DNA of 64,000 bases, from NCBI RefSeq assembly GCF_009914755.1, contig NC_060936.1. The stretch is one strand, 5' to 3'. This document shows positions 58,821 to 64,000 of this stretch, one piece after another. A program made the position numbers and the translations under genes. The notes under the pieces were generated by a model. It was not told the DNA's origin and did no database searches. It worked only from the letters and a program-made list of their open reading frames with translations. Positions within the stretch are counted from its first letter, which is position 1, and every line of letters begins with the position of its first letter. The stretch is from the human T2T-CHM13v2.0 reference genome, Homo sapiens.

Positions 58821-59099
58821 AGACTGAGTCTCGCTCTGTCACCCAGGCTGGAGTATAGTGGCGTGATCTCGGCTCACTGAAACCTCCACCTCCTGGGTTC
58901 CAGCAATTCTTCCTGCCTCATCCTCCTGAGTAGCTGGGATTACGGGCACCCACCACCACACCCAGCTAATTTTTATATTTTAGTAGAGACAGGGTTTCAC
59001 AGTGTTGGCCAGACTAGTCTCAAACTCCTGACCTCAGGTGATCAGCCCGCCTTGGCCTCCCAGTGCTGAGATTACAGGCATGAGCCACTGTGCCCAGCC
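58778..59099 (-). mobile_element. AluSx-like element with a pure 42-nt tail
   Basis: Full dimer, ctgacctcaggtgatc; T run 58778-58819. Confidence 0.93.
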
Positions 59100-59134
59100 A
59101 AGAATTTTTTTACAAGGGAAAAATGACTATTAAG

Positions 59135-59340
59135 AAGCGCGATGGAAAGTCAGAGAGTCAGAGAGGTAGGCCCAAACCTTGTCTACTTGTATGATAGTTT
59201 TGTATCCTTATTTAAGTTACTTGAACTCACTAAGTCTTAACTTTGATCTTTCATAATGGACAGACTTAGGATTTCCTAAAGGATTGTTGGGAAAATCATA
59301 TGAGATAATATTTGTAAAACAGGCAGTTCAAATGTGATGT
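59135..59340 (+). mobile_element. Degenerate MIR
   Basis: aagttacttgaactcactaagtctt...ggattgttgggaaaatcatatgagataatatttgtaaaac. Confidence 0.6.
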
Positions 59341-59358
59341 ATGATGGATTCCTAATGA

Positions 59359-60947
59359 TGTCATAGGATCCTTAGGGTGTCGCTTTTCCAGCTGGAAACC
59401 TCTGTGGCCAGTGTTGCCTCAGCCTGAGTTTTACTAGGGCCCACAGGGCTTATTCTACCCACTTGGCCTGGTAGTCTGCACTTGGCCTGGTAGTCTGCAC
59501 TTGGCTAGCACTACCAGCCCAGATCCCATGCCTCTGAAGACACTGGAGCCAGGGATGGAGTGGCAAGGGATGTGTGAGTAGGTGAGTGTGGGGTCCGGCC
59601 ACTGCATACAGCCAAGCACACTAGCCACTGTGGTGGGGCGGGCAGCTCCAGGTGCCAGCACAGACACCGGCTCCGTGTAAGCCTGCAGCTAAATCACATG
59701 CATGACAAGTGGCTTCAGCTGTGGGCACCTGCCTCTAGAGGAGGGGAACACAGTGGCGCCCAGGAGCTTGGAGACACCAGAAACTGCAGAGCCCCAAAGA
59801 GGGGGTCATAGCCCTGGTTTGGGGAGCACCTAGGTCTGAGATCCCCAAAGGGCTGCAACTCTTTTTTCCTTCCCATTGCCTGCAATGCAGTGAGCAAAGG
59901 AGGTGTGTGACAGCCCTGTTTCTGTTACAGCTCTTTCAGTTCCACCATTTGGCAGGTCCCAAGTTTTGTCCCACATCCAGGAAGAACAAGGTATGCAGAC
60001 AACTGGAGGGTGAGCAAGGTGAAGAAGTGCTTTATTGAGCAACAGTACAGCTCTCAGGAGACCTGAAGTGGGTAGCTCCTTTTGACAGGCAGGTTGTTCC
60101 AACAAGTGTGCAGCCCTCAGTGGAGAGGAGTCCAGTAGAACCTATCCACAGGTAGGTCATCCCATCATCTGCCCGAATCTGGCTGAGTCTGGGGTTTTTA
60201 TGGGCTTCAGAGGGAAGGAAGTACATGCTGATTTGTTCATGGGTGGCCATGGGCAGCCTGGAAAAAGCACCATAAGTTCTCACTCCAGGCCCTGGACTCC
60301 ATCTGGAACTGAGTGCCAGGCTACCAGGCTTCAGGCTGTCCCTGGCTTGAAGGTGGGGTTTCACCAGGCACCTGACCCTTTCTGCCCAGGAGCCTGTCTG
60401 CCTCCTGCCACCATTTACATGTCATCCAGGGTGCCCAGGCTGTTTGTGCCAGAGGATGCCTTCAGGCCTGCACCAAGCTGCCCTTAGTGCCCCCTCGGCC
60501 TCCCTTCTGTGCTTAGCATCACCCAAAGACTGGAGGGGGCTGAGGCAGCAGGGGGCTAGTGAGTCAGCAGCACCCCAAGCACATGCACATCCAGCTGGAA
60601 TGAACACAACAGCACCTGGGCTTGGCCTCAACTTTGCTCTGAAATCAGAACAGGTGCTGGGAGTGGGGAGCTGCCAGGCAGAGGGAGCAGGCACTTCTGA
60701 ACCTGTGGGGGCAGGGGGACTTCTGGGCCAGGAGTACAGGTGCCTAGATCCATAGCTACAGCTGGAGAGCTGAAGCTATGCCTGGGAGGGCGGGCTCCTG
60801 CCCTGCAATCTCAGAATGAGGTAGGCAGGGCTCCTGCCTGTTCCTGGTTCCTGCCAGCTTCATGGAGTGTGCAACCCTGGCAGCACCTCCCCTACTGCAG
60901 CCAGTGTCTTTTCAGCAGCTGCTCCAGATGAGCCACTGCAGCCATCA
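59359..60947 (-). mobile_element. MER52-family ERV1 solo LTR, full length (about 1.59 kb)
   Basis: GC-rich block with TG...CA termini; minus strand starts tgatggctgcagtggctcatctggagcagctgctg as in MER52; perfect 4-bp TSD atga at 59355-58 and 60948-51. Confidence 0.88.
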
Positions 60948-61014
60948 ATGACTATTTATTACTCTCTTCTTCCTTAAATTAATTTTACTCATCAACATTG
61001 CCCTTCCTCAAAAA

Positions 61015-61260
61015 ATAATAGCACTTAGTGAATCTTTACAGTGAGTCATACATTAATCCTTTACATGAATTGATATATATTTAATCCTTGTAAAAAATCA
61101 AGGAGGCAGGTATTTTTTCATTGCCATTTTAAAATTGGGAAAACTGAGGCATGGAAAGGTTCAGTAATTTGCTCAAGGTAACTTATATGGTAAATAGCTG
61201 AGTCCAAATTTAAATCAAGGCAGGTCATTTCCAGGGTGTGTTTTTAAGTACTACAATATA
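61015..61260 (-). mobile_element. MIR
   Basis: ccattttaaaattgggaaaactgaggcatggaaaggttcagtaatttgctcaaggtaac. Confidence 0.85.
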
Positions 61261-62224
61261 GTTGCTGCATGTTTATGAAACAATTCTTAGTCAAGACTGT
61301 GTTTGATATAAATTACATTTGATATAAAGCTCAGCCAAATATGACTTCCAACCTTTCAAATATAATTTCTAGTATAACCTTAGACATATGTAAAATGCCC
61401 ATTTTATCAGTAATAGCTAACAGAACAGTACAGCTCCCAGAGTGGTCATGCAATCTGTCAGAAGCATTTTCTGATAGCACAATAGTGACTGTATTTGAAA
61501 AGAGGAATGTTGATCTGTTTTGTAAAGTTGGCCCAATAAATACTTAGACATTGTAAGCTTTCTGTATACATTTTTTTATTCTAAAAGAGTAAATAGTATC
61601 AAACAAAGTCATAGGAATGTTTGAAGATACAATTCTGTGTAACACAAGTTGTTACAGACTTATAAATTAGTAAACTTGAGTCATTAAAATAATTCAGTAA
61701 TTATCTCAAGTGGATTACTTTTGTAATTTAATTAATGTCTTTGATGCCAAGGTATGAAATAAACTGCCATTATGGAAAGTCGGATTTGTCAACAAGGAAG
61801 TGAACAGTTACAGTCTTTATTATTAGACAGTACTTGAGCAGATCCTGTATTGATATCTTTTAGTTAACTAGGCAGTGAATATTATTAATTTTAAAAATTC
61901 ATCACTTTCTATTATGAGAAAGTGATGTATTATAAATAAGTATGTTTAGTGAAATGAATGTTTGACCAGGTAACTAGGATATTTTTTTTCTTTTTCAAAT
62001 ACACAAAATGTATGTTAAATTTATAGGTCAGACATTTCTGTTTACAGAGTTAGAGAAATAAGTAAGATGAAAGGAATATCTTTTTAGAAAAAATGGTGGC
62101 TTTGTATTTGGGTATGTTGTATTTGAGATACCAGTAGGCATATGAAAATGTAAGGCTAGAGCTCAACAGAGTGCTTGGGGCTAGAGATCCAATTTTTTTT
62201 TTCCCCCAGTGCTGTTAAAATCCT

Positions 62225-62440
62225 AGGGGGAGTTGTTCTTTACTTTATGAGAAGGAATAATGACACTGAGGAGAATATTTGTAGGAGTGATGGGTGAAAT
62301 CCCAAATGAGGAAGCTAAGGTACCTGTGGCAGGATAGTAGATTGTGAACTTGCAATCTTAGAGGTATAGCACTTCTGGATGAACAGACGGCTGAGTTAGA
62401 GACCTCCCAGAGGTTTGCTGCTGAAGTAGCCTTGGAGATG
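62225..62440 (-). mobile_element. Degenerate MIR-like fragment
   Basis: caaatgaggaagctaaggtac...gacggctgagttagagacc. Confidence 0.3.
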
Positions 62441-62725
62441 GATGTCATTGAGTTTGGGCATGTCATGAAATCAGGCCAGTAAAAAATCTGGCCTTCCAAG
62501 CAGCCAGAAGAATATTATGAAGTAGGGATTTTTGCCTAAACTTCTTTAGAGCTCTTAAGAAATAGACTCAGAAAGCTGAATGTGCCTTAGAGGCAGCTTG
62601 CCCCAGTGGTTGCCAAGAAAATCAGCTCTGAATAGTTTATGATAGACTAGCAATTGCACACCTACACCACAGCTTTTAGAGCTTATCCAGCTGTTCCCTG
62701 CTTTTATATGAAGTCTAAAATGTAA

Positions 62726-63979
<1,254 letters not shown>

Positions 63980-64000
63980 AAAATGTAACCATTTGGATTT

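Noticed and set aside
59455-60931. Cluster of 60-110 aa ORFs on both strands
   Set aside because: These arise from the GC-rich LTR sequence; no gag, pol or env motifs are present.

Overview
AT-rich, CpG-depleted primate (most likely human or great-ape) non-coding DNA, intronic or intergenic. I could not recognise any protein-coding exon, RNA gene, CpG island or CRISPR array, and I could not identify the locus. Roughly half of the window is transposable-element derived: four young L1PA fragments (two with 5' inversions), older L1M/HAL1 pieces, eight Alu-family copies (including an AluY and a FAM monomer), many MIR/L2/L3 relics, solo LTRs (MLT1, THE1D-like, MER52-like) and DNA transposons (Tigger2-type, MER5/MER58/MER3-type). 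Subfamily names come from recalled consensus diagnostics, not from a database search, and boundaries of old elements are approximate. I found no evidence for a new multi-gene system. The most unusual signals are small insertion or repair scars: a locally templated double inversion that forms a 24-bp hairpin (20472-20566), an L1 plus half-Alu bracketed by one TSD, an Alu re-inserted at the same nick as an older FAM (three TSD copies), and two micro-inserts flanked by 15-bp TSD-like repeats.
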